A stretch of DNA of 58,010 bases, taken from the NCBI GenBank assembly GCA_029978085.1, contig JAPOJV010000002.1:1-58010 (forward strand). Reading direction: 5' to 3'. A model generated the notes under the pieces. The model did not search any database and was not told where the DNA came from. It saw nothing but the letters and a program-made list of their open reading frames with translations. The DNA is from a bacterium (GTDB lineage: Bacteria; Planctomycetota; Planctomycetia; Pirellulales; UBA1268). The first letter of the stretch is position 1, and every line of letters starts with the position of its first letter. Position numbers and translations under genes: made by a program. This document shows, in pieces, positions 37,067 to 49,000 of the stretch.

Positions 37067-38031
37067 ACGGACGCACGATGATCGGCGGAGCGGTGTCGGC
37101 TTGCATGACGTCGCCCAGGCCGACGCGGCGGGAGTTCTTGGCGGCCTCGGCTGCCGTCGTGGGGGCCGGAGTGTCGGCGCGGGCTGCCGTCGAGCCCGCA
37201 GCGAAGCCGCCCGCCTTCCGGATCTCGCTCGCGGAATGGTCGCTGCACGAGACGCTCTTCGCGGGCAAGCTCGACAATCTGGAGTTTCCCCGGGCCGCCA
37301 AGCAGCAGTTCGGGATCGATGCCGTCGAGTACGTGAACCAGTTCTTCAAGGACAAGGCCCGCGACGCCGACTATCTCGCCGAGCTCGCCACCCGCGCCGC
37401 GGACGAAGGCGTGACGAACGTGCTCATCATGTGCGACGGCCTGGGCAACCTCGGCGATCCCGACGAGAAAGACCGCACCCGGGCGATCGAGAACCACTTT
37501 CCCTGGGTGGAGGCCGCCAAGCGGCTCGGCTGCCACTCGATCCGCGTCAACGCGGCAAGCAAGGGGACGTTCGAGGAGCAGCAGAAGCTGGCCGCCGACG
37601 GCCTGACGCGGCTGGCCGAATATGCCGACCAGATGAAGATGAGCGTGATCGTCGAGAACCACGGCGGCCTCTCCAGCAACGGCGCCTGGCTGGCGGGCGT
37701 GATGAAGCTCGTCGATCGGCCCAACTGCGGCACGCTGCCCGACTTCGGCAACTTCCACGACTACGACCGCTACCAGGGCGTGGAGGAGCTGATGCCGTTC
37801 GCCAAGGGCGTGAGCGCCAAGAGCCACGAGTTCGACGCCGAGGGCAACGAGGTGCGGACGGACTATCGGCGGATGTTGAAAATCGTGCACGACGCGGGCT
37901 ACACCGGCTGGGTGGGCATCGAATACGAAGGCAAAGCACTCCCCGAGCCCGAGGGCATCCTCGCCACGAAGAAGCTCCTCGAACGCGTCCGCGACGAGCT
38001 CGCGGGGCGCGGTGGCCAAGTCACGCCGTGA
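37063..38031 (+). CDS. sugar phosphate isomerase/epimerase (xylose-isomerase-like TIM barrel) with Tat-type signal
   Basis: [15 protein letters not shown] twin-arginine leader. TIM-barrel pattern (…HSIRVNA…, …VIVENHGG…, …GWVGIEYEG). ATGA overlap with the POT gene. The stop lies in repeat copy C. Confidence 0.82.
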   Translation: MNGRTMIGGAVSACMTSPRPTRREFLAASAAVVGAGVSARAAVEPAAKPPAFRISLAEWSLHETLFAGKLDNLEFPRAAKQQFGIDAVEYVNQFFKDKARDADYLAELATRAADEGVTNVLIMCDGLGNLGDPDEKDRTRAIENHFPWVEAAKRLGCHSIRVNAASKGTFEEQQKLAADGLTRLAEYADQMKMSVIVENHGGLSSNGAWLAGVMKLVDRPNCGTLPDFGNFHDYDRYQGVEELMPFAKGVSAKSHEFDAEGNEVRTDYRRMLKIVHDAGYTGWVGIEYEGKALPEPEGILATKKLLERVRDELAGRGGQVTP

Positions 38032-38064
38032 CTTGCTGGGTTTTCCGGACTACGGCGTGACCGG
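38018..38064. repeat. Mosaic palindromic element, copy C (short, partly degenerate)
   Basis: 17-nt palindrome AAGTCACGCCGTGACTT (38018-38034), GCTGGGTTTTCC, then the degenerate palindrome CCGGACTACGGCGTGACCGG (38045-38064). Confidence 0.85.
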
Positions 38065-39165
38065 GCTCCGCGACAGATCCAGATCCACGACCACCGGAAA
38101 ATGGTCCGAGATATCCAGGTCGCTCGCGTGGCAGATGAACGCCCGCGTGACAGCCCGCTCGAGCTCCCGCGGCACGAGAATGTGGTCGATCATCGTGAAC
38201 ACGTCGTCGCCGTCGGCCGCGCCGTTCTCGTTGAAATCCCAGTGCGACGTGTAACGGTCGGCCACGCGCGGCATGAATCCCGCTGCGTTCACCAGCTCCG
38301 GCCCGGGCCGGTCGGGATCGAAGTCCTTGAGGTCCTTCAGCACGGTCGTCTGCGTCTTTCGCACGGCGTCGGCCATCGGCACGTCGGGGTCGTAGTCGTT
38401 GAGATCGCCGAGCACGATCGGCAGACAGCCGCGGGCCACGATCTCGCGGCGGATGATGTCGCGGGCGATCCGCGTCTCGGCCGTCCGCTGGGCGTTGGCG
38501 GCGGGATCGGACGGGTTGCTCTTGAGATGCAGCCCCAGCACTCCGAGCCGACGGCCACAGACGGTGAAAAACGCGAGGGCATGCCGCTGGAGCACGGCCT
38601 CGTCCCGCTCCTCGGCCCCGGACGCATCGCGAACGACGTACGGCTCGCGGAGCCACTCGTCCGTGGCAGCCGCCGCCGGAGCCGTCCCCTTCTTCCGCTT
38701 CTCGGGCACGAGGATTCGGATTCGCCGGCCATCGACCTCGTCGGGCTCGATCCGCGAGAGGATCGCGACGTCGAAGCCCGTGAAGGCGTCGCTACCGTCG
38801 ACATGCCAGCCCCGATACGACCCGAGCCCCTTCTCCCGCAGGAGGTCCGCAAGGGCGTCGACCGACTCCCGCGACACGACCTCGGGCAGCACGACGATGT
38901 CGGGGGCGAGCGTCTCCAGCACGGCAGCCACCCGATCGATGTGCCGGCGCCGGGCCGGCTCGAAGCGGAACCGCGTGATCCGCGTGCGCTCACCTGGCGC
39001 GGCGAGATTCTCGACATTGAAGCAGACGATCCTGAGCCGACAGTCGGCAACCGCTTGTGACGACGTGTCGGCCAACGCCGTCGCGCCATCGAGCAATGCG
39101 ACGGCCCAGCCGCAACCGACAAGCAGCGCGATCCAAACGCCCGTCCGTTGACCGGCCTCACCCAT
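38050..39165 (-). CDS. exported endonuclease/exonuclease/phosphatase (EEP) family protein
   Basis: AAGGAG upstream of ATG 39165. Signal peptide. EEP motifs RIVCFNVENL, DIVVLPEV, LGDLNDY and IDHILV…SDHFPVVVDL. Confidence 0.85.
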   Translation of the reverse strand: MGEAGQRTGVWIALLVGCGWAVALLDGATALADTSSQAVADCRLRIVCFNVENLAAPGERTRITRFRFEPARRRHIDRVAAVLETLAPDIVVLPEVVSRESVDALADLLREKGLGSYRGWHVDGSDAFTGFDVAILSRIEPDEVDGRRIRILVPEKRKKGTAPAAAATDEWLREPYVVRDASGAEERDEAVLQRHALAFFTVCGRRLGVLGLHLKSNPSDPAANAQRTAETRIARDIIRREIVARGCLPIVLGDLNDYDPDVPMADAVRKTQTTVLKDLKDFDPDRPGPELVNAAGFMPRVADRYTSHWDFNENGAADGDDVFTMIDHILVPRELERAVTRAFICHASDLDISDHFPVVVDLDLSRSPVTP

Positions 39166-39234
39166 GCTCTGTAGATTCTCCTTCTCGACGTTCTGCCGCC
39201 CGATGCTCAGCCGCACCCGACTCCGTAGGAGTGT

Positions 39235-39753
39235 ATGTCCCACGACTCGACGACCAGCCTCCAGCCTACCCGCCACCTCGACCCCGCCCAGCACGAACTC
39301 GGAGACCTGATCCTCATCGGCATGACCGCCGTCGGCCGCGGCGTCTTCGCCACGCGAAAGCTCGCCGCGGGCCTCGTGCTCGGCGAGATCCATGGTGAGA
39401 TTCTCGACGACCACCCCGAGGATTCCAGCTACGTCATGGAGTTGCCGAGCAGCAAGCTGCTCGAGCCCGCCCCCCCGTTCCGGTTCGTGAACCACAGTTG
39501 CGACCCGAACTGCGAGCTTTTCTACTGGTTCGACGAGGACAGCGACGCGCAGGAAGACCGCTTGTGGGTGCAAACGATCCGTCCGATCAAACCGGGCGAG
39601 GAGCTCTCGATCGACTACAGCTGGCCCGCCGACGCGGCGATCCCGTGCCGCTGCGGCACGGAGAGCTGCCGGGGCTGGATCGTCGATCCAGCGGAGCGGC
39701 ATCTGCTGCCGGATCCAGCGATCCCGGATCGGACCCCGGCGACGGCTCCGTGA
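39235..39753 (+). CDS. SET domain protein (putative protein lysine methyltransferase)
   Basis: AGGAG upstream. GRGVFATRKL..G, FVNHSCDPNCE, EELSIDY, and the post-SET CRCGTESCRGWI. Confidence 0.85.
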   Translation: MSHDSTTSLQPTRHLDPAQHELGDLILIGMTAVGRGVFATRKLAAGLVLGEIHGEILDDHPEDSSYVMELPSSKLLEPAPPFRFVNHSCDPNCELFYWFDEDSDAQEDRLWVQTIRPIKPGEELSIDYSWPADAAIPCRCGTESCRGWIVDPAERHLLPDPAIPDRTPATAP

Positions 39754-39758
39754 CGCCG

Positions 39759-42068
39759 ATGGCGGGCCGGGGCCGCATCGTCGGCTGGGTGACGGCGGCC
39801 CTGCTCTCGGCCCTGGCTCTCGTCGGTGTCACGCGGCTGCGGATCGACGACGACCTGCGGTCGCTCGTTCGGGATGCCCGAGTCGACTTCCGGCTGCTCG
39901 ACGAGGTGGCGAGACTCTTTGGTGCACCCGATCGCGACTGCATCGTGCGGGCCACGGCCACCACCGGCGACCTGTTCGATGCCGAACCGTTCGCCGAGCT
40001 GCAGGCCGTCGTCGAGCGGCTGCGGGGCGTGGCGGGCGTCGACGAGGTGCGGTCGATCTTCGACGTGCGGCGGCAGGGGGCGGCCGGCGCCGTGCTCCCC
40101 GTGATCCCGCGCACGGCCGGCGGGCTCGACGCGGCGGCGCGCGACGCCGCTCGCGACCGGGCCGCGGAGCATCCGCTGGTGGCGGGGCATCTCCTCTCCG
40201 CCGACGCCACGTCGTCGCTCGTGCTTGTCCGGCTCGTGCCCGATGCCGACCGTCCGCCGCTCTTGCCCGAGGTGATCGACCGGCTGGAGGCGACGCTCGC
40301 CGCCGCGCGACAGGACTCTCGGCACCTGCGACTCGAGCTCACGGGGCTGCCGGCCCTCCGTGAGCAGGCCGCGGCGGCGCTTCGCCGCGACATGCTCATC
40401 TTCAATTCGCTCGGCCTGACGCTCGCCGTCGTGCTCTCGGCCACCGTGGCCCGCAGCCTGCGATCGACGGTGGTGGCCTGCCTGCCTCCGGCCGTGGGCG
40501 CCCTCTGGGCGTTGGGATTCCTGGGACTCGTCAACGCGCCCGTCAACATTCTTACGAGCGTGGTCCCCTCGCTGGCGCTCGTCGTCGGCACCTGCGACTC
40601 GATCCACTTCATCGAGGACATGCGCCGCAGCGCCCGCCGCGGCCTCGACCCGCTGGCCGCCTCCAGCGGCGCCGTCGCCCGTGTGGGCCGGGCCTGCGGC
40701 CTCACGAGCCTCGTCACCGCGATCGGCTTCGCATCGCTCGCGGCGGCCCGGATCGACGCCGTGCGGATCTTCGGCGCGACCGCCGCCGTCGGGGCGCTCG
40801 CCAGCTTCCTCGCGGTCACGCTGCTCACGCCGCTCATCGCCTCGACCGGGTTCTGCAGCGGCCTGCGGCTCGGCCGCTCCTCGCGGGCAGCCGGCAGACT
40901 CGCCGGTGCGCTCGCTGCGTTGTCGGTGCGGCATGCCCGGCCACTGGTGGCCGTGGCCTGCGTGGCCACGCTTCTGCTGGGACTCGTCGGCTCGGGCCTC
41001 GATGCGGACAACCGCGTGGTCGATTCGCTGCCCCGCGGGGCACCGGCCGCCGCGGCGCTGGCGGCCGTCGACCGCGACTTCGGCGGGGCGATGGGTGTGG
41101 ACGTGGTCGTGGGCTGGCCGGAGGGCGTCGACTGGCGGGACGACACGGTCCTCGCGGCGCTCGACGGCGTGCATCGCGTGCTCGCCGAGGCGGAGGGCAT
41201 CTCGCGGGCGATTTCGCTGTCCAGCATCGTGTCACCATTGCCCGAGCGGGCCCGGCGACGCCTCGATGCCGGCCACTTCAGTGATCTCGTCGCCCCCGAC
41301 GAACGTATCGCGCTCGTGCGGGCCCGCGTGGCCGATCTCGGGTCGCGCCGCCTCGATGCCGTCTACGGCCGAGTCGATGAGGGGCTCGCCACCCTCCAGC
41401 GAGCCCATCCCGGCTGGCGGTTCGACCTGGCCGGCATGTCGGTGGTGTCGGCCCGCAACATCCGCCAGCTCGTTCGCGATCTCGGCTCCAGCCTCCTGCT
41501 CGAAGTGGCCGTCATCGGTGGCATCCTGGCCGTGGCATTCCGCTCGCCCTTGGCGGGGATCGTGAGCCTGATCCCCAATATTTTCCCGCTCACGGTGATC
41601 GGCGCCCTGATCGTGGCGACCGGCCGGTCCCTCGACCCGGCCACCGTGATCGTGTTCAACGTCTGCCTAGGACTCGCCGTCGACGACACCGTGCACGTGC
41701 TCTCGGCACTCACCCGTAACCGTCGCGAGGGCATCTCGATCGCCACGGCCGTCCGCCGCGCGGTGGCCGAGACCGGCAACGCCGTCGTGATCGGCGGCCT
41801 CGTGCTGGCGGTGGGCTTCGCCTGCGTGACGGCCAGCAGCGTGCCGTCACTGGCCGGCTTCGGCGTGCTGGCATGCGCGGCGGTGGCAGCCGCCACGGTC
41901 GCGGAACTCGTCTTCCTCCCGGCGCTGCTCGTGGTCACCGACGAGATCGTGCGACGCCGGCGGCCGCTGTTCCGCGACGGTATCTTCGGTGCCGCCCCGG
42001 CGGGCCAGCCAGTGGACGTGGGCTCGTCACGCCGTGACGGGCTGTCTTCGTCACCGGTCACGGCGTGA
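39759..42068 (+). CDS. MMPL/RND superfamily transporter (HpnN-like two-module topology)
   Basis: 769 aa from ATG 39759. Two repeats of a large extracytoplasmic loop + 5-6 TM bundle with SSD-like blocks (…LALVVGTCDSIHFIED…, …LGLAVDDTVHVLS…). Starts 6 nt after the SET stop. The stop lies in repeat copy D. Confidence 0.82.
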   Translation: MAGRGRIVGWVTAALLSALALVGVTRLRIDDDLRSLVRDARVDFRLLDEVARLFGAPDRDCIVRATATTGDLFDAEPFAELQAVVERLRGVAGVDEVRSIFDVRRQGAAGAVLPVIPRTAGGLDAAARDAARDRAAEHPLVAGHLLSADATSSLVLVRLVPDADRPPLLPEVIDRLEATLAAARQDSRHLRLELTGLPALREQAAAALRRDMLIFNSLGLTLAVVLSATVARSLRSTVVACLPPAVGALWALGFLGLVNAPVNILTSVVPSLALVVGTCDSIHFIEDMRRSARRGLDPLAASSGAVARVGRACGLTSLVTAIGFASLAAARIDAVRIFGATAAVGALASFLAVTLLTPLIASTGFCSGLRLGRSSRAAGRLAGALAALSVRHARPLVAVACVATLLLGLVGSGLDADNRVVDSLPRGAPAAAALAAVDRDFGGAMGVDVVVGWPEGVDWRDDTVLAALDGVHRVLAEAEGISRAISLSSIVSPLPERARRRLDAGHFSDLVAPDERIALVRARVADLGSRRLDAVYGRVDEGLATLQRAHPGWRFDLAGMSVVSARNIRQLVRDLGSSLLLEVAVIGGILAVAFRSPLAGIVSLIPNIFPLTVIGALIVATGRSLDPATVIVFNVCLGLAVDDTVHVLSALTRNRREGISIATAVRRAVAETGNAVVIGGLVLAVGFACVTASSVPSLAGFGVLACAAVAAATVAELVFLPALLVVTDEIVRRRRPLFRDGIFGAAPAGQPVDVGSSRRDGLSSSPVTA

Positions 42069-42072
42069 CCGG
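42025..42072. repeat. Mosaic palindromic element, copy D
   Basis: CGTCACGCCGTGACG (42025-42039), 14-nt spacer, CCGGTCACGGCGTGACCGG (42054-42072). Confidence 0.85.
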
Positions 42073-42083
42073 GCGACGCCCGT

Positions 42084-42104
42084 GTGCAGATTGACAATCT
42101 GCAC
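42084..42104. other. perfect 9-bp/3-nt-loop hairpin abutting the AOS stop codon
   Basis: GTGCAGATT-gac-AATCTGCAC. No U tract on either strand. Confidence 0.5.
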
Positions 42105-43748
42105 CTACATCGTGGCGGCGACGACGTCGGCGAGTGTCTCGACCGTCCGCACGATCTGCTCTTCCGTGTGCTCGCACGTGAGGAAAAACCGGACGCGGGC
42201 GGCCGACTCGCGAACGGCTGGATAGAGGATCGGCCGGGCATTGATGCCCCGCCCGAGCAGCAGCTGCGACACCTGGATCGCCCGGGCCGAGCTGCCGAGG
42301 ATCACGGGGATGACCGGCGTGTCACCGCTCGTGCCCGTGTCGAGGCCGGCATCCAGGCAGAGCTTGAGGAACAGCTCCGACCGCTCGCGGAGCACGGTCA
42401 CCCGCCACGGCTCGCGGCCGATCACCCGCAGTCCCTCGAGCGCGGCGGCTGCATTTGGCGGCGAACAGGCGGTCGAGAAGACGAAGGCCGGCGTCGTGCA
42501 GCCGAGGTAGCGAATGAGTCGCTCGGAGCCGGCGAGGTAGCCGCCCCCGGAGCCGAGCGCCTTGCTGATCGTGCCCATCCACAGGTCGCCGTCGGCCGGA
42601 TCGACCGAGAAATAGTCGCAGATGCCCCGGCCGCCCGGGCCCATCGTGCCGATCGAGTGCGCCTCGTCGACGTAGAGCATCGCGTCGTGCCGCTTCTTCA
42701 CCTCGATGAAGGCCGGCAGGTCGGGATAGTCGCCGTCCATGCTGTAGACGCCCTCGATCGCGACCACGACCCGGCGGTATTGGCCGCGGAGGTCGCGGAG
42801 CAGGCCATCGAGCTGGCGGTAGTCGTTGTGGCGAAACGACCGCTTGCCCGCCTGCGACGCCGTCGCTCCCTGCATGATGCTGTTGTGGGCCAGTTCGTCG
42901 TACAGGATCAGGTCTTCTGCGCCGAAGAGATGGCCAAAGAGCGATGCGTTCGTGCCGTAGCCGCACGGAAAGACGACGGCCCGCTCGGCGCCAATGAAGG
43001 CGGCGAGCTCCTGATCGAGCGACTCCAGGATCGAATTGTTGCCTCCCACCATCCGGCTGGCCGAGGCGCTACAGCCGAAGCGGTCGATCGCCTCCTTGGC
43101 GGCGCGGGCCACGTCGGGGTGGCCGGCGAGGCCGAGGTAGTCGAAGCTCGTGTAGCTCACCACCTCCTGGCCGGCGATGCGGGCCAGGCGGCCCTGCACC
43201 GACTCGTTGGCGAGCAGGAACGGATTGTCGAGGCCGGCTGCGGCCAGCCCCGCCAGCCGATCCTCCAATGCACGGCACTCCGGAAACGGATCGTCGGCAG
43301 CGGGCATGCGGGCCGGCTGCGGCGTCAGCGGGCGGCGGGCCGCGGCTCGCCTGGCCGCCGGCGCTGCGGCCGCATCCAGCCGCCGAATCGGCGCAGACGT
43401 CCCGCTCCGATCAGCCGCGTCGAACATGTGGGTGGCGATGCAGTCGACCAGGTCGTCGCACGTCTGCACGTCGCGGAGCCAGTCGGCATGGAACCGCATC
43501 TGGTAGCGGCCTTCGAGACGGTTCACGGCGTCGAGAAACCGAGGCTCGTCGATGCCGGCGTCGGCAAGGGCTCCACGCGGCGTCAGTCGCGAGCGGCTTT
43601 CCGCCGGCGCGACCCGCTCCAATTCTTCCAGCACAAGCCGCGTGATGGCCAGCCGCGAGTGGGCCCCCGGCCGCGTCCGCACGTCGCCCGCCCCACTGGC
43701 CTGCCTGCCGGCTGCAGTCTCGCGCAGCCCGATGTCGACCGTTGCCAC
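42105..43748 (-). CDS. alpha-oxoamine synthase family PLP enzyme (BioF/serine-palmitoyltransferase-like) with N-terminal ACP-like domain
   Basis: GTG 43748 (GAAGGGA upstream). AOS motifs SFDYLGL, DELAHNS, YSMDGD, VDEAHS and PLP-Lys GTISKALGSGGGY. About 150 aa of N-terminal extension with an ACP-like helix pattern (LADAGIDEPRFLDAVNRLEGRY). Confidence 0.85.
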   Translation of the reverse strand: MATVDIGLRETAAGRQASGAGDVRTRPGAHSRLAITRLVLEELERVAPAESRSRLTPRGALADAGIDEPRFLDAVNRLEGRYQMRFHADWLRDVQTCDDLVDCIATHMFDAADRSGTSAPIRRLDAAAAPAARRAAARRPLTPQPARMPAADDPFPECRALEDRLAGLAAAGLDNPFLLANESVQGRLARIAGQEVVSYTSFDYLGLAGHPDVARAAKEAIDRFGCSASASRMVGGNNSILESLDQELAAFIGAERAVVFPCGYGTNASLFGHLFGAEDLILYDELAHNSIMQGATASQAGKRSFRHNDYRQLDGLLRDLRGQYRRVVVAIEGVYSMDGDYPDLPAFIEVKKRHDAMLYVDEAHSIGTMGPGGRGICDYFSVDPADGDLWMGTISKALGSGGGYLAGSERLIRYLGCTTPAFVFSTACSPPNAAAALEGLRVIGREPWRVTVLRERSELFLKLCLDAGLDTGTSGDTPVIPVILGSSARAIQVSQLLLGRGINARPILYPAVRESAARVRFFLTCEHTEEQIVRTVETLADVVAATM

Positions 43749-43987
43749 GATATGAATCCCTTCACGAGTCGCCGTGTCCGCCCGGCGCGAACCGCACTAT
43801 ACGGCACGGAGATCGAAACCGACACTGCCCCGAACAGATCGCGGCCGCAGGCGACCGCACGACGCCGGCCGCGACCCACAGTTTTCAAGCCCGAAACGCC
43901 ACGGCGTCACACTGTGCCGGCGCGGCAACCGCTACGGCCCATGCAGGTCGCGCCGATCGCGAAAACGAAACGGGCAGTCTGTCGGCG

Positions 43988-46714
<2,727 letters not shown>

Positions 46715-46901
46715 GACTGTGGTGGGGGGGTTGGAGATGGGGAAAACGGGCCGGACGGTGCCTCAGCCGCCGGCCTGGGCCGAAACCTACTCGGGGCGGG
46801 CGTAGCCTAGCCGAGCGGCGGAAAAACCGACAGAACCGCGATTCACGGAAAACTCACACAAAAAGAATTCGACACGCCGCTTGCCCGCGGTGTATAGTTC
46901 C

Positions 46902-47038
46902 GTGGTCGAGGCAATCGCGTCTCGGCCACCACAAAACACTTTGACCTTTTCGGCGGCTGTTCCCCCCCCCCAAAGACCCACACTTCTAGAGCCGCTACCG
47001 GACCCGTGGTTTCCCCAACCACGGGTCCTTTTCTTTTT
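46902..47038 (+). ncRNA. candidate small RNA (orphan transcript unit)
   Basis: TATAGT at 46893-46898. Hairpin GTGGTCGAG/CTCGGCCAC (46902-46929). C10 tract (46962-46971). Strong terminator at 47000-47038. No plausible CDS, and no plus-strand gene upstream or downstream. Confidence 0.3.
47000..47038 (+). terminator. strong Rho-independent terminator
   Basis: 12-bp perfect stem GGACCCGTGGTT / AACCACGGGTCC, 5-nt loop, then TTTTCTTTTT. Confidence 0.8.
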
Positions 47039-47039
47039 C

Positions 47040-47098
47040 GTAGCCCGGTCACGCCGTGACCGGAAAAAGCTGCCAGTCACGGAGTGACGGGACTACGC
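47040..47098. repeat. Mosaic palindromic element, copy E (minimal two-palindrome form)
   Basis: GTAGCCCGGTCACGCCGTGACCGG AAAAAGCTGCCA GTCACGGAGTGACGGGACTACGC. The two ends are inverted copies of each other. Confidence 0.88.
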
Positions 47099-47099
47099 T

Positions 47100-48668
47100 T
47101 CACCCGATCGTGCCGCGGTCGAGGAGACCGTCGATGAGGGCGGTGCGGGTGTCGATCGGCGACATCCGCAGCTTCGCCGGCGGGGCCGCGAGAATCTCGC
47201 GGGTCTGCATCAGCCGCCGGCCACCCGACTGGGCGTCGTAGGCGTTGAGGCCAAGCGTGAGCCGGCGGTCTGGCGACAGCTCCGTGCCGTCGCGCAGGAT
47301 CCGCAGCGGCCGCCCCGTGTCGTCCCGCACGACGTCCAACGGCCAGAGCGTCCGATCGGAATCCTTGATGCCCGCGTCTTCGGCCAGGATCGCCATCAGG
47401 CCGGCGGCAGTCACCTCCGCCGTCACGAGCCGGTTCTCGTAGGGAATGATCTTCCAGCAGTCGGCCACGGTGAGCGGCCCTGCCGGCACGTCGCCCGAAC
47501 GGAACGTCCCGTGGAATACCGCATCGACGGCCTGCCCCTGCTTCCGGAGGGCGTCCCTGAAGCATGCGCAGAGCAGCCGCCCAAGGTCACTCCCCCGGCC
47601 AGTGCCCGGGATCGGCTTCACGACCGTCGCCACCTCGCGAGCCAATTGCGCATCGGCCGCGTCGAGATCGGGCCGCGCCAGTTCCATCACGAGCGGATCG
47701 AAGGCAAAGCGGTCGTCCATGAGCAGCGAAAACGCCCGGCGATCCACGAGCTTCCGCGATTCAGTGTCGAACGTGAGATCGACGCGTCCGCAGTGGATCC
47801 CGTGATAGCTCGCCTGCGAGCAGACCACGCCATGCAGCATCCACGAGGGCTGGTTCTGATGCGAATGACCAGCCAGGTAGACGTCCACGTCGCCCCCTTC
47901 GCGGAGCAGCGACCGCACGGGGTTGGCATAGTCGTCGTTGAACCGCCAGCCCATGTGGCCCATCACGACTACGGCATCGACGCCTTCGGCCCGCACTTCC
48001 GCGACCGACCGTTTGAGCGTCGCGACCGGATCGAGCGGCTCGACGCCACCGAGCAGGTCGGCCGGCAGCCAATAGGGCAGGCCGGGCGTGATCAGGCCGA
48101 CGAGCCCGATCCGAAACCCGCCCACCTCGCGGATCGTCCACGGCCGTACCTTCGCCCAGTCGCCCTCGAACTGCCCCGGGGCCCTGCCACCACGGCTGAC
48201 GTTCGCCGTGAGCACGGGAGCCTGCGAGACCGCGAGGTTGGCCGCGAGCGACTCCGGCCCCCAGTCGAAATCATGGTTGCCGAGCGTCCAGGCGTCGTAG
48301 CCGAGCCGGTTGAACAACTCGAGCATCAGGTTGCCGCCGCGGTGCAGGCTCACGGCCGTGCCCTGCACGACGTCACCCACGTCGACGGTGATCGAATGGG
48401 GCGACTCGCGCCGCCACTGCCGCAGGCAGGTGGCCACGCGGGCGAAGCCGCCGACGTCGTCGAGCCCCTCGTAGGTGCTCGTCGGCAGGATCCGGCCGTG
48501 CAGATCGGTGGAATGGAAGATCGACACGGTGCGGGCCCGGCCGAGTTCAAAGGCCCGCGCGAGCGGGACATCGAGCATGGCTCCCGCAGCCATACCGGCC
48601 GTCGCCAACGCCTGCCGGCGGCTCATGGCCCGCCCCATCGACACAGCCTCGCTCGCCCTCATGGTCAT
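47100..48668 (-). CDS. bifunctional metallophosphatase / 5'-nucleotidase (UshA-like), Tat-exported
   Basis: SRRQALATAGMAAGA twin-arginine leader. Calcineurin-like motifs HSTDLHG, GDVVQG, GNHDFD and GHMG/GHSH, plus a C-terminal 5'-nucleotidase domain. Confidence 0.88.
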   Translation of the reverse strand: MTMRASEAVSMGRAMSRRQALATAGMAAGAMLDVPLARAFELGRARTVSIFHSTDLHGRILPTSTYEGLDDVGGFARVATCLRQWRRESPHSITVDVGDVVQGTAVSLHRGGNLMLELFNRLGYDAWTLGNHDFDWGPESLAANLAVSQAPVLTANVSRGGRAPGQFEGDWAKVRPWTIREVGGFRIGLVGLITPGLPYWLPADLLGGVEPLDPVATLKRSVAEVRAEGVDAVVVMGHMGWRFNDDYANPVRSLLREGGDVDVYLAGHSHQNQPSWMLHGVVCSQASYHGIHCGRVDLTFDTESRKLVDRRAFSLLMDDRFAFDPLVMELARPDLDAADAQLAREVATVVKPIPGTGRGSDLGRLLCACFRDALRKQGQAVDAVFHGTFRSGDVPAGPLTVADCWKIIPYENRLVTAEVTAAGLMAILAEDAGIKDSDRTLWPLDVVRDDTGRPLRILRDGTELSPDRRLTLGLNAYDAQSGGRRLMQTREILAAPPAKLRMSPIDTRTALIDGLLDRGTIG

Positions 48669-49000
48669 ACGCCTCGCTCGCCTGCCATCCGCCCGCCGCA
48701 GTGTACAGGCCGCTGAAACAGCGATCTGCCCCGGAATTCACCGACTCTGCATGAATTTCTCACACGATCTTCACGCAGACCGTGTATAGTGGCCCCCGTC
48801 GGTGGCCGATATCGCCTGATATCGGACGGTTGAATCGCCCGGTTCAGCCACCACCGATCCCGCCTTCCCACGACGCTGCTTCGACTCCCCGTCGAACTCC
48901 GGCCTCCCCGGCCGGCGACATCAGCGTCCACAACAGGAGTCGATCGTCCGAAGAACCCGCTGGCGTTCTGCGCCAGTGGTTCGAGGTTCGGTCTCTACCC

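Noticed and set aside
46881-47087. 68-aa ORF through the acnA / nucleotidase spacer
   Set aside because: It starts at a non-ATG codon. It includes a poly-Pro stretch that is just the C10 tract. It reads straight through the 12-bp terminator hairpin and ends in the repeat element.
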